From the NCBI RefSeq assembly GCF_013315695.1, contig NZ_CP054355.1: a stretch of DNA of 64,000 bases. One strand, written 5' to 3'. The notes beneath the pieces are model-generated. The model made no database searches and was not told the origin of the DNA. It worked only from the letters and a program-made list of their open reading frames with translations. Every line of letters starts with the position of its first letter. Position 1 is the first letter of the stretch. Origin of the DNA: Escherichia coli. Its GTDB lineage: Bacteria; Pseudomonadota; Gammaproteobacteria; Enterobacterales; Enterobacteriaceae. Of this stretch, positions 22,063 through 31,519 are shown in pieces. The translations under genes and the position numbers were made by a program.

Positions 22063-22824
22063 TCAAAGATTAAGGTTATTTCGATCGCTGGCAAGACGCT
22101 GTAAGAATTGACCATATCCCTGCGGCCCCATCCAGTAGTTAATACTTTTCTCAACGCCGGTTGATGTCAACGTCGCACCGGAAATACCGTCAACGGTATA
22201 TTCATCGGCATGTTCAGGTTTATCCTGTACTATTTTCAATGCAGGATGTCCGCTGTTATCTAATAATCGTTTCCCTGGCCACTGTTTGCGCCAGTTGGCG
22301 TCTTCCACCCTAGCCCCCAGAAACGGCGTTTCCCGTTGCTGATAATAATACAGATTTCTCACCGTACGACCGTCCAGCCCCAGAGCAAGAAACGCATGCA
22401 TCATGGATTTCGCGCCCTTACCGGTAACTGGAATGATAACCTGCTGAATTTCATTATTTTTATCTTTCACAAAGAACACATCCGCCACCGTACAGCGCTG
22501 ACGAACCTGCGCTGGGTCGCGTTCAGGGGCAAGTTTTTCACACTTCTGCCGCGCGGTGTCCGCGCTGCTGCCAGCCACCAGTTCGCCGGAATCTAAATTA
22601 ACATGGCGTTGAATAATATAACGATGATAGAGCGTTTCGACTGATTTTTTATCCTGGGTCTCTGATTTCATCAGGCCCGCAGCGTGTAAAATTGCCGCCT
22701 GTTTTTCCTCCTCTGTCGGCTCCGTCATTTCTCCCTGGAACAGCATAAACCATGCCGCCGCCGCAACAAAAATAAGGACACAAAGCACCATCATTGATGC
22801 AACAATAATTTTACCCTTGCGCAT
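22063..22824 (-). CDS. orphan NqrC/RnfG-type FMN-binding domain protein, membrane-anchored
   Basis: N-terminal TM; C-terminal ..VIIPVTGKG..SMMHAFLALGLDG..YYQQRETP..DGISGATLTSTGV.. as in NqrC flavinylation region; no other nqr genes nearby. Confidence 0.6.
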   Translation of the reverse strand: MRKGKIIVASMMVLCVLIFVAAAAWFMLFQGEMTEPTEEEKQAAILHAAGLMKSETQDKKSVETLYHRYIIQRHVNLDSGELVAGSSADTARQKCEKLAPERDPAQVRQRCTVADVFFVKDKNNEIQQVIIPVTGKGAKSMMHAFLALGLDGRTVRNLYYYQQRETPFLGARVEDANWRKQWPGKRLLDNSGHPALKIVQDKPEHADEYTVDGISGATLTSTGVEKSINYWMGPQGYGQFLQRLASDRNNLNL

Positions 22825-23035
22825 TGAATTGTTATCCCTGTCAAAATGGAAATCGAAAAAATCGCCTGAACGTATCACAGACTTTCATTCAATTAAAACA
22901 GATATGCCATTATCAATTCAGGTTTGCAACGTCAGGCAGCGGTAAAAAATAATAACTGGCGTCGGTAAAAAAGCAGCAAAAATAACAGAAAACACGCTCT
23001 CCGCTCGTTTTACACATCCTTACAATGGGTTAAAA

Positions 23036-23058
23036 AATGCCGGGTTTCCCCGGCACGC
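23036..23058 (-). terminator. Rho-independent terminator after scsD
   Basis: Minus-strand hairpin gccggggaaacccggc followed by a T-run. Confidence 0.55.
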
Positions 23059-23060
23059 TA

Positions 23061-23567
23061 TCAAAACATGGCTGCCCGCCACAGACGTAACTTCATGCCC
23101 CAGTAGCTGGTCCAGCCGCTGGTCGTAGTTACCACCTGCCCCTTCGACACCACCACCAGCGTTGGCGTGACGCTGATTTCCCAGTTTCGTGATATCTCAC
23201 CGCCGCTATCATTCACGACGGGGAACGTCACCCTTTTACGCGATAACCAGCGGGAAACCTCCCCGTCATTACCGGAACGCAGCGCGATGGTCATGACGCT
23301 CTCCCCTTCCGACTGCAAACGGGCGACATCCGGCGTGGTGAAACGGCAGATACCGCACCAGCTCGCCCAGAAGTAGAGCAGCACCGGGCGTTCTTCACTG
23401 ATCGACGCCAGCGTTACGGTTTCCCCGTCCAGCGTATGCAGCGGCGTGCTGTCAAACATGGCCGGCATCTGCGGAGAACGCCAGACATCCAGCAGGATTA
23501 TCACGCCAGCCAGCAGAACCAGTAAGATCGCGCCTTCACGCAGCCAGCGGCGCAGTTTACTGAGCAT
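23061..23567 (-). CDS. scsD: ScsD-like membrane-anchored thioredoxin-like protein
   Basis: 168 aa, N-terminal TM, WASWCGICR CxxC motif. Confidence 0.65.
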   Translation of the reverse strand: MLSKLRRWLREGAILLVLLAGVIILLDVWRSPQMPAMFDSTPLHTLDGETVTLASISEERPVLLYFWASWCGICRFTTPDVARLQSEGESVMTIALRSGNDGEVSRWLSRKRVTFPVVNDSGGEISRNWEISVTPTLVVVSKGQVVTTTSGWTSYWGMKLRLWRAAMF

Positions 23568-23727
23568 GGGCCACCGCCAGTTTTTCTTTCACCACCGCCT
23601 CAAGGGTCTCCCACGATACCGCGCCGGGGATCATCTCGTCGCCAATGATGGTTGCCGGCGTCCCCTGAACGCCAACCAGCCGGGCGAGTTGCAGATTGGT
23701 GCTCAACGTCTCCATGCTTTTCTCATC
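23557..23727 (-). pseudogene. scsC: ScsC (DsbA-like) C-terminal fragment, truncated at IR copy B
   Basis: ..GVQGTPATIIGDEMIPGAVSWETLEAVVKEKL.. typical DsbA-like C-terminus; overlaps the scsD start. Confidence 0.5.
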
Positions 23728-23765
23728 GGGGTCAGTTTGGATATAGAGAATTATTGTACTATAAG
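23728..23765. repeat. Tn3-family-type 38-bp IR-like sequence (copy B)
   Basis: GGGGTCAGTTTGGATATAGAGAATTATTGTACTATAAG; same orientation as copy A. Confidence 0.5.
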
Positions 23766-24318
23766 GACTTCCCCGGCATGTCAACGCCGGTGTTTACGGT
23801 TTCTGTCTGCACTATAGTAAAAAAATAAAGGGGAGAGACTGCGGTACTATAAACGATCATGATGAATCGTCATCGATTCGGACCCTGATGAAAGACGCTC
23901 GTGAGGCTCTAGTTCGTTAGTCGGGTACACTTGCCCTGTACAATAAGCAGATATACCTCACGGGGTCTAACCCTTTATCATCAACGAGTTGCAGATCAGA
24001 TGGTCATACAGCTTTGTACTTTAGCTGGCTGAGTACAACCTGAAATCATCACCGTAATGCAATGATGCCCAGCACAGTCTTGCATTTTTGGCAGCGATGG
24101 CAACAACAGCGCGCCAGTATCCTCTGCGTTCGACCAGTGAGCAGACCCAACGACTGAATAAATCAGTCCTTTTCTCCGCCCCGATCAGTACCGAGCGGGC
24201 ACCCTGAACCAGAAGTGTTCTCAGATACGAATCGCCAGCTTTCGTTATCCTGCCAAGCTTCGACTTTCCGCCGCTGCTGTACTGCGATGGTGTCAGTCCC
24301 AGCCAGGCTGCCAGCTGG
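23766..24318 (-). mobile_element. IS110/IS1111-family element 3' fragment (transposase C-terminus at about 24021-24318), truncated by IS26
   Basis: ..LAAWLGLTPSQYSSGGKSKLGRITKAGDSYLRTLLVQGARSV.. is an IS110-family C-terminal signature. Confidence 0.5.
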
Positions 24319-24687
24319 GGCACTGTTGCAAAGTTAGCGATGAGGCAGCCTTTTGTCTTATTCAAAGGCCTTACATTTCAAAAACTCTGCTTACCAGGCG
24401 CATTTCGCCCAGGGGATCACCATAATAAAATGCTGAGGCCTGGCCTTTGCGTAGTGCACGCATCACCTCAATACCTTTGATGGTGGCGTAAGCCGTCTTC
24501 ATGGATTTAAATCCCAGCGTGGCGCCGATTATCCGTTTCAGTTTGCCATGATCGCATTCAATCACGTTGTTCCGGTACTTAATCTGTCGGTGTTCAACGT
24601 CAGACGGGCACCGGCCTTCGCGTTTGAGCAGAGCAAGCGCGCGACCATAGGCGGGCGCTTTATCCGTGTTGATGAATCGCGGGATCT
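24319..24687 (-). mobile_element. IS26 partial copy (right IR plus 3' end of tnpA26), interrupted by the Tn3-family transposon
   Basis: IR ggcactgttgcaaa at 24319; ORF ends ...KGQASAFYYGDPLGEMRLVSRVFEM as in IS26 Tnp; identity stops at 24687. Confidence 0.8.
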
Positions 24688-24720
24688 GGGCTCCGTTTGG
24701 GAAACGGAAAATATTGTACG

Positions 24721-27708
24721 TTAAGGCTGTTTTTTGTACTGACTGACATCAACTGCTCGCAAAGGACGATACTTCCCTTCAGCCAGCTTCTTATTGTTTT
24801 TCCAGATATAGTCCCCTGTCAGATTAATGTGCTCCCAGCCCAGCGGAGACAAATGTGACAACAATTGCTCATTAATATGTAGCCCTTTCTTTTTCAGCAG
24901 GTTAATGGCGTTTTCTATATATACGGTATTCCACAAAGTGATTGCGGCAGTGAGCAGCGTAAGCCCACTGGCGCGGTAACTCTGGTTTTCAATACCACGA
25001 TCCCTTATTTCTCCCAGACGATGCATGAAGACAGCTCTGGCAAGGGCATTCCGGGCTTCCCCTTTGTTCAGACCTGCCTGAACCCTACGACGAAGCGCCG
25101 GATCGCGGAACCAGTCCAGCATGAACAGTGTTCGCTCAATACGACCAATTTCTCTTAACGCCTTAGCAAGGCCATTCTGTTTCGGATAACTGGTCAATTT
25201 TTTCAGCATCAGAGAAGCGGTCACTGTTCCCTGTTTTATTGAGGTCGCCAGTCTCAGAATTTCATTCCAGTGTATTTTTATCTCTTTGATATTCAGGGGG
25301 GTTGTGGAGATAATTGACTGTAGAGCAGGATAGTTATCAGCTTTACCTTGAATAAACAAACGTTTGTCATGCAGATCCCGGATCCTTGGGGCAAAAGCGA
25401 ATCCCAGCAGATGCATTAGTGCAAAAACATGCTCCGTGAAACCTGCTGTATCGGTGTAATGTTCCGTTATATCAAGGTCACTTTCGTGATACAGAAGACC
25501 ATCAAGTACGTGGGTGGAATCACGAACACGACTGATTACTTTGGTATAAAACGGACTATATTGATCTGAGATATGCGTATAAAACTGCACCCCAGGTTCC
25601 TGACCGTACTTCAAATTAACCTGACCGGCATAGCGCCCATGACTGCCAACCCTAAAATTCTGGCCGTCAGAGGATGAGGTGGAACCGTCTCCCCATAATG
25701 CCGCCAGCGGTCGTGACTTCTGGGCATTAACCAGTTCTGCCAGTGCAGCAGAGTACGTTTCATCACGGATGTACCATGCTTGTATGTTTTCCAGCGAAGC
25801 TCGTGTGGTTCCCGGACAGGACTCTGCCATTTTTTCCAACCCTAGATTGATGCCGTCCGCCAGGATAGTGGTTAGTAGTAAACGATTATCCTGAGGACGG
25901 ATTAGCGGATTCTTAAGATGAGTAAAATGTCGCGAGAAGGCAGTCCATCGCTCGACTTCATCAAGTATCTCTGTAATTTTGGGGTGCGGTAGCATGTTGT
26001 AAATCAGGTCGGCCAGGGGAGAGACTGTTGAAGGAACGCTGTTATCCAGTGGGGTGATCTTTACACCTTTATCTGAAATATCCACATCAGGAAGCTCCCC
26101 TGCGACAGCCATTGCGTTAACTTCCTCCAGACGGGAGGCCAGTAGAGTCAGTCTGGCATTAAGATAAGCCCCGCATTCTGTGCCAACAGGTAAATTTAAT
26201 AGGTTATTATTTAATAACTTTTCGAAATCATCGTTAGGCATAAGATAATCATCAAAGTTTTTGTAGCGCCGGGAGCCCCTGACCCAGATATCACCCGCCC
26301 GCAGCGCCCCCTTTAGCTCATTCATTGCGCAAATTTCATAGTATTGTCGGTCAATGCCTGAGGGGGTGACCACCATCTTTCTCCAGCTCTCAGGAATGAA
26401 ATCCAGTGGTGCCGATGCAGGAACCTTTCGTAGCTGTTTACGGTACATATCACGAATAGTTTCAAGGGCATCATTAAGCGGCAACGCTGCCGAAGTGGCT
26501 CTCAGTTGCAGGGCCGATAGAAAACGAAAAGAATATTTGCGCAATGTACTGAATTTTTCGGTAATAAGATGAAGCGGCTCAAAATTATCCTTACGTGCAA
26601 GAAGCTTTGTTTCCTCCAGACTGGCGACAAAATCGTCCCACGGTAACACTCGTTCAATAGCAGACAGAGGATCTTCGCCTGCATTGCGTGCATCCAGGAT
26701 AGCCTGGCCAACAGAAACATACTGACGTAACTTTTGCTGTATCAACTTGCCCGTTTTCTGAAGACGCTCAGCCTGCTGATGTTTTGCCCGACTGAACATG
26801 CTGCCTAGAATACGTTCATGCAGTTCTATAATTTCATCAATGATTGTGGCTCTGGCCTCAGTCAGTACACAGACCATCGTTGCGTATCGACGAGCAGGGG
26901 AAAAATCAGCCAGATCGCGACTGCTCATTTTGCGGCCCTCACGCGCGAGTTTCAGCAATCGGTTCTGGTGAACGGTTCTCTCCACTCCTTCCGGCAGCGC
27001 CAGAGCTTCAATAGCGTTAAGGCGGTCAATGTGTTGCAGGACATTCTTTCCATTGATTTTCCCTGGAGGTTGAAGCAGCCACGTCAAACGGGATATTTGT
27101 TTTTCATTTGTCACCAACAGGGCATCAAGCGCAGATTTATGCGTGATATCAAGGTGCGCATTCAGCGTTGTATACACCGTTTTATCACCCAGTGTCATTG
27201 CTTCTGCACAGGTACGTTCCAGAACATCAATGCCTGGAATAATAATTCGCTGTTGATGCAGGTACTTTAGTAACTCCTCTGCGATAAGTATGCCTCTGTC
27301 CGTTCTGGTAGACAGAGGGAGCAGATGCCGGATACATTCTTTCTGAAGTGCACCGTTAAAGGCTTTCAGTTCAAGATATCGATAAAGTTCCCTCATATGC
27401 TCACGTCTGGTGGTATCACGACCGGAAACGTATTCCTGCCAAAGTTCTGCTGATAACTTAAGTCGAGCGCCAATGGTTTTTAGCAATTTTGCGGGTGGGG
27501 ATGATTTTTTATCCGGGGCAAACCCAATACTTTTCAGATAACAGAGAAGAACGGCAAAACCAAACCGGCTGGCAGGTTTACGGTGAGCATTGATAATTGC
27601 CAGATCCTGCTCACTGAAATACGTCATTCGAGTCAGTGTTAACTCATCGTCTGGCAATGCCAGTAATGATTCTCTTTCCGATAGAGAAAGAATCTGCCTC
27701 CTTGCCAT
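24721..27708 (-). CDS. tnpA: Tn3-family transposase TnpA
   Basis: 995 aa; stop codon lies inside the terminal IR as in Tn3-family elements. Confidence 0.8.
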   Translation of the reverse strand: MARRQILSLSERESLLALPDDELTLTRMTYFSEQDLAIINAHRKPASRFGFAVLLCYLKSIGFAPDKKSSPPAKLLKTIGARLKLSAELWQEYVSGRDTTRREHMRELYRYLELKAFNGALQKECIRHLLPLSTRTDRGILIAEELLKYLHQQRIIIPGIDVLERTCAEAMTLGDKTVYTTLNAHLDITHKSALDALLVTNEKQISRLTWLLQPPGKINGKNVLQHIDRLNAIEALALPEGVERTVHQNRLLKLAREGRKMSSRDLADFSPARRYATMVCVLTEARATIIDEIIELHERILGSMFSRAKHQQAERLQKTGKLIQQKLRQYVSVGQAILDARNAGEDPLSAIERVLPWDDFVASLEETKLLARKDNFEPLHLITEKFSTLRKYSFRFLSALQLRATSAALPLNDALETIRDMYRKQLRKVPASAPLDFIPESWRKMVVTPSGIDRQYYEICAMNELKGALRAGDIWVRGSRRYKNFDDYLMPNDDFEKLLNNNLLNLPVGTECGAYLNARLTLLASRLEEVNAMAVAGELPDVDISDKGVKITPLDNSVPSTVSPLADLIYNMLPHPKITEILDEVERWTAFSRHFTHLKNPLIRPQDNRLLLTTILADGINLGLEKMAESCPGTTRASLENIQAWYIRDETYSAALAELVNAQKSRPLAALWGDGSTSSSDGQNFRVGSHGRYAGQVNLKYGQEPGVQFYTHISDQYSPFYTKVISRVRDSTHVLDGLLYHESDLDITEHYTDTAGFTEHVFALMHLLGFAFAPRIRDLHDKRLFIQGKADNYPALQSIISTTPLNIKEIKIHWNEILRLATSIKQGTVTASLMLKKLTSYPKQNGLAKALREIGRIERTLFMLDWFRDPALRRRVQAGLNKGEARNALARAVFMHRLGEIRDRGIENQSYRASGLTLLTAAITLWNTVYIENAINLLKKKGLHINEQLLSHLSPLGWEHINLTGDYIWKNNKKLAEGKYRPLRAVDVSQYKKQP

Positions 27709-27874
27709 ATAGTTATCCTTGTTAATTATTTAGTACGTTATTTTTGATGAAAAGGTTATTGCATAAGGGTACACCCTGATGCGAGATATAAAATGTGACC
27801 TCATACAAATAATGACATAACCTATATGCGATAGAATATATGCAACAACCTAAATGCGACAATGCGGTGAAAAA
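27709..27874. promoter_or_regulatory. res site / divergent promoter region between tnpA and tnpR
   Basis: AT-rich intergenic region with repeated atgcga-containing subsites. Confidence 0.5.
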
Positions 27875-28516
27875 ATGTTCATCAGAGCTTATTTAAGGGC
27901 GTCAACAGAAGATCAGTTTGCAGATCGAGCAAAAGAGATGCTGGAACAGTTCGTCCAAGAACGGGGGCATAAAATTGCCAGTTATTATCGGGAGAACATA
28001 AGCGGTACAAAACTTGACCGTCCGGAACTGAAACGCTTACTGATGGACAGTCACCGTAATGATATTTTGCTGGTCGAGCAGATAGACCGCCTGACCCGAC
28101 TGAGTAACAGCGACTGGATAACGCTGAAAAAGCAGATAGAACAACACGAACTGCGGATTGTCAGTCTGGATGTTCCAACATCATGGCAAGCCCTGTCAGA
28201 TAAAGATCCTTCACAATCAGATCCGATTACCCGCGCAGTGATAACTGCAATAAATAATATGCTTATAGACCTGATGGCCGCGATGTCGCATAAGGACTGG
28301 CTGAGTCGTCGCCAACGCCAAAAACAGGGAATTGAACGAGCTCATACGTTGGGTAAATACCGGGGAAAACAGGCCGATCAGGAACGTCATCAGAAAGTGT
28401 TGTACTACAGACAAGTAAAAAAACTCAGCATTAGAGAAACAGCAGATGCAACGGGCTACAGCACTTCGCAGGTTTGTCGCATTCAGGCTCTCTATAAAGA
28501 GGTTAAACCTGATTAA
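27875..28516 (+). CDS. tnpR: serine recombinase (resolvase TnpR-like)
   Basis: MFIRAYLRASTEDQ N-terminal serine-recombinase motif. Confidence 0.7.
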   Translation: MFIRAYLRASTEDQFADRAKEMLEQFVQERGHKIASYYRENISGTKLDRPELKRLLMDSHRNDILLVEQIDRLTRLSNSDWITLKKQIEQHELRIVSLDVPTSWQALSDKDPSQSDPITRAVITAINNMLIDLMAAMSHKDWLSRRQRQKQGIERAHTLGKYRGKQADQERHQKVLYYRQVKKLSIRETADATGYSTSQVCRIQALYKEVKPD

Positions 28517-28959
28517 AAAACAGCCTTAACGTACAATATTTTCCGTTTCCCAAACGGAGCCCTGCTAGCCTTTTCGTAATCATGCCATTGGAGATCATCT
28601 GGATTGATGTTAGGCATGACGTCTTGGCTGTAAAGCAAAAAATCAAGTGAGTCATCCATGATCTTCTCAAAACGCTTACTGCGGTTGTTTCTGTCACTAA
28701 TAGAGCCCGCCTGATACCACCTTTCCGACAACTGCCGATATCGAAGGAAGTGCTCATCCTCTTTCAGTTGATGAAACTGGTTCCTGATTTGTGCATCAAG
28801 CCGAATTGCCAGACCAGTAAAATCAGGTAACACAACCTTATGAGGGGCATTTTTGGGAGAAATCAGAGAAATGAATTCAGAAACCTGCATATCCTTGCTC
28901 TGAGGCCCGTAACGTTTATCAGAGCGGCGGGTGCCAATAAAAAAGCTTTCAATCGTCAT
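28513..28959 (-). CDS. hypothetical protein; 3' end replaced by Tn3-family IR sequence
   Basis: 148-aa ORF whose last ~16 codons are encoded within the transposon IR. Confidence 0.3.
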   Translation of the reverse strand: MTIESFFIGTRRSDKRYGPQSKDMQVSEFISLISPKNAPHKVVLPDFTGLAIRLDAQIRNQFHQLKEDEHFLRYRQLSERWYQAGSISDRNNRSKRFEKIMDDSLDFLLYSQDVMPNINPDDLQWHDYEKASRAPFGKRKILYVKAVF

Positions 28960-29006
28960 GATTTACCATATTAATCAGTATGTTACTCATTTATGTGTGT
29001 ATGAGG

Positions 29007-29171
29007 TTACATGTAGTACAGATGTAAAACCGGCGTAAGCCGGTGCGTTCGTCCGAAATAACCAATCCGTTCGTCCAGTTCAATGGCTGCTATCAGGTTC
29101 TGCTCCGCAATGTATTCACGAATGCGCTTCCTGTCCTGGCTGGCCAGCATGGTCCAGAATATCTCCATCAT
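29007..29171 (-). pseudogene. ParE/RelE-family toxin, truncated after about 37 residues (55-aa ORF)
   Basis: MMEIFWTMLASQDRKRIREYIAEQNLIAAIELDERI matches the ParE/RelE N-terminal helix pattern, then diverges and stops; 4-bp overlap with the upstream antitoxin. Confidence 0.45.
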
Positions 29172-29437
29172 TTACCGGCAACCTTCCTGCTCATTTCATC
29201 TCGCCATGCTGCAGCAGAGGATTCGACCATGTCATGGGGAAGTACATCGCCGTGCTCGAGTTGCTGACGTCCTGCCTCAACCTGGTCACGGAACCAGGTA
29301 TTATGCTGCCGTTCAACGGTCTGACGCATAAAATCCCGGATTAACTGAGAGCCATTACGGTCCATGCTTTTTGCAGCGGCCATAAAAGCATCCTTCAGTT
29401 CAGCGTCGATTCTTAAACTCATATTAACCTGTGCCAT
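29168..29437 (-). CDS. ribbon-helix-helix antitoxin (RelB/DinJ/ParD-like)
   Basis: N-terminal MSLRIDAELKDAF... RHH signature; translationally coupled to the toxin remnant. Confidence 0.55.
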   Translation of the reverse strand: MAQVNMSLRIDAELKDAFMAAAKSMDRNGSQLIRDFMRQTVERQHNTWFRDQVEAGRQQLEHGDVLPHDMVESSAAAWRDEMSRKVAGK

Positions 29438-29459
29438 TTATCACCTCGTCATTACTACG

Positions 29460-29476
29460 TATATACACAGTATATA
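29460..29476. promoter_or_regulatory. palindromic operator candidate upstream of the antitoxin
   Basis: Perfect palindrome tatatacACAgtatata 23 bp upstream of the antitoxin start. Confidence 0.4.
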
Positions 29477-29639
29477 ACGATTCAGACATCGTCACCAGGA
29501 TATGCCGCGTCAGCGGCATGGAAGGCGGCACGCTGTGGTTACATGTGATACCGGAGTAAAACCGCCGAAGCCCGGCGTCAGCCGATACTGATTGATAGAT
29601 TTCACCTTACCCATCCCCAGCCCTGCCAGACCATACCCG

Positions 29640-29880
29640 CTTTCAGCCATGAGAGAGCTTCTGTGCGCGGTCGGAGTGGTCCCGACGAGGGTTTACCCGA
29701 AGTCGGGGCGTATCTCCGCGTTAGCGGGCCGTGAGGGCCGCTTACGAGCGTGTACTGAGAACTTCCAGCGAGAAGACTGACAGCGATGATGATGTAGTTA
29801 CAACATTCATAATTAAAAGCGACTCTGTTCCGGCCCTTCGGGCCGGGGCGGGGCCGCTTTTCAGTTATGAGGGAGGGGCT
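29640..29880. other. structured non-coding element X, candidate single-strand initiation (G-site-type) priming signal downstream of oriR
   Basis: Several hairpins (ccggcccttcgggccgg); shares gtcccgac...ggccgtSagggccgcttacgagcKtgta with element Y at 60560-60730. Confidence 0.35.
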
Positions 29881-29999
29881 TTGTTGTTTCGGTTCTGCGC
29901 TGGACCGGGGTTTTCCTGGTGGTTGTATTTGAGTGTTGTAACTAAAATGGCTCCGGTCGGGGCCCGCCGCTTGCGGTGGGAGGTGCATATCTGTCTGTC

Positions 30000-30350
30000 C
30001 ACAGGACAGGCAATGAACAGGTTTTCTTTTTAAATGAATGTAATTAAGTAGTTTAAAGGAGATATAAACAGGTGTTTAAAAGATACATTGCACCCTGTAA
30101 CGCTGGCGGCTGGCGCTTTATGAGGTGAACGGTTGTAACCTTATCGGGAAGTCCCTTGCAGTTTAATGTGGATAAGCACAATTACCCGTCTGTGAGGCGT
30201 ATTTTGTATTAAAAACAGGGGGAACCGGATGCACCTGAAGGTGGATGGTGAGGTTATTTTTTGTATGTGGTGCTGATTTTTTGTGCACTGGCGGGCTTCA
30301 GGCGTGCGGAAGCCTCCGGCGCGTGCCGGATTATTCTGAGGAGGTCACTT
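30000..30350. other. IncFII origin region (oriR) downstream of repA1
   Basis: Position directly 3' of repA1; DnaA box tgtggataa at 30167-30175. Confidence 0.5.
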
Positions 30351-31208
30351 TCAGGGGGAAGCTGTAGCCAGCCGGCTGTAATTGCGGTTACGTGACAGAA
30401 TCATGCGCTCCTTCACACGACGCTCCACTTCGCGTTTTACCGTCTCACCATTAGCAGTAAAGCGCCCTTCCGAGATTTCACGCGTCAGCTGCCGTTTCAC
30501 CAGGGTGACGATATCCTGACGTTCCCTGTTCGCATCACGACGCGCACGGGCACGTTTTATTCCACGGGACTTAAGCTCTGTCTGGTAACTGCGGAAACGC
30601 TCACGCACAAAACGCCAGGCTTTCGCTATTAGTTCATCCATACCCAGGGTATCCAGCCCCTGTTTTTTGCGCTGTCTGTTTTCCCATTCAACACGACTGC
30701 GGCGCGCAGCTGCCACTGCATCCTCAGACACATCAAGGGCAGCAAACAGAGCCGGTGTGAACGTGATATCGGTCGGAATGTAGCACCCGATAAGCGGGTC
30801 ATATTCCGTCTGGTAGGTAATCAACCCCAGCTCTGACAGGAACGTCAGGGCACGGGTGGCACGAGTGATGGAGAGTTTTCCTGCACCGGACTCTGTCGCC
30901 AGTCCGCACTCAATGGCCAGCGTGGTGATGGAGCACTGGACGCGGTTGGCCAGCGGGTCATAGTGGAAACACAGCCCCTGCAGGAGCGCATCAATAGCCC
31001 GTCGACGCAGCACCGGTGGCATGCGTCGACGCAGACCACGCGAACGGGCATGCGCCACATGAATGGCGAAATCAAAACGGGAGGTGAAGCCCACCGCCTT
31101 TTCCATCAGTTTTTCGCAGAACTTCAGCGTTCCGGCACCTTTACGGGGTGTAAACACCGGATTCGGGTTCTTTACCTGGCGGTAATACGTTTGGTGAAGA
31201 TCAGTCAC
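30351..31208 (-). CDS. repA1: IncFII replication initiator RepA1
   Basis: 285 aa from a GTG start, [19 protein letters not shown]...RLATASP, as remembered for R100/R1 RepA1. Confidence 0.85.
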   Translation of the reverse strand: MTDLHQTYYRQVKNPNPVFTPRKGAGTLKFCEKLMEKAVGFTSRFDFAIHVAHARSRGLRRRMPPVLRRRAIDALLQGLCFHYDPLANRVQCSITTLAIECGLATESGAGKLSITRATRALTFLSELGLITYQTEYDPLIGCYIPTDITFTPALFAALDVSEDAVAAARRSRVEWENRQRKKQGLDTLGMDELIAKAWRFVRERFRSYQTELKSRGIKRARARRDANRERQDIVTLVKRQLTREISEGRFTANGETVKREVERRVKERMILSRNRNYSRLATASP

Positions 31209-31295
31209 ACCATCCTGCACTTATGTTGCACAGAAGGAGTGAGCACAGAAAGAAGTCTTGAACTTTTCCGGGCATATAACTATACTCCCCGCATA

Positions 31296-31386
31296 GAGCA
31301 ACAGCTTCTATGCAGTTTCTTGTTAGCCCCGGTAATCTTTCCTACTCGCCAAAGTTGAAGAAGATTATCGGGGTTTTCGCTTTTCT
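31296..31386 (+). ncRNA. copA: CopA-like antisense RNA of the IncFII replicon (approximate)
   Basis: Plus-strand stem-loop ccccggtaatctt...aagattatcgggg followed by ttttcgctttt, between repA2 and repA1. Confidence 0.45.
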
Positions 31387-31519
31387 GGCTCCTGTAAATC
31401 CACATCAGAACCAGTTCCCTGCCACCTTACGGCGTGGCCAGCCACAAAATTCCTTAAACGATCAGCAATCTATCACGCACACCAGAAACAGGCAAGAATG
31501 TGATGTCGCTACATTTTAG

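Larger units (their letters stand above)
24688..28562. mobile_element. Tn3-family transposon (tnpA, res, tnpR), about 3.9 kb, cryptic (Tn5403-like is only a guess)
   Basis: 38-bp inverted repeats GGGCTCCGTTTGGGAAACGGAAAATATTGTACGTTAAG at 24688-24725 and, inverted, 28525-28562; divergent tnpA and resolvase. Confidence 0.8.

Noticed and set aside
22063-22878. Complete nqr operon
   Set aside because: Only the NqrC-like subunit is present; flanking genes are scsD and fetM, so this is not a Na+-NQR locus
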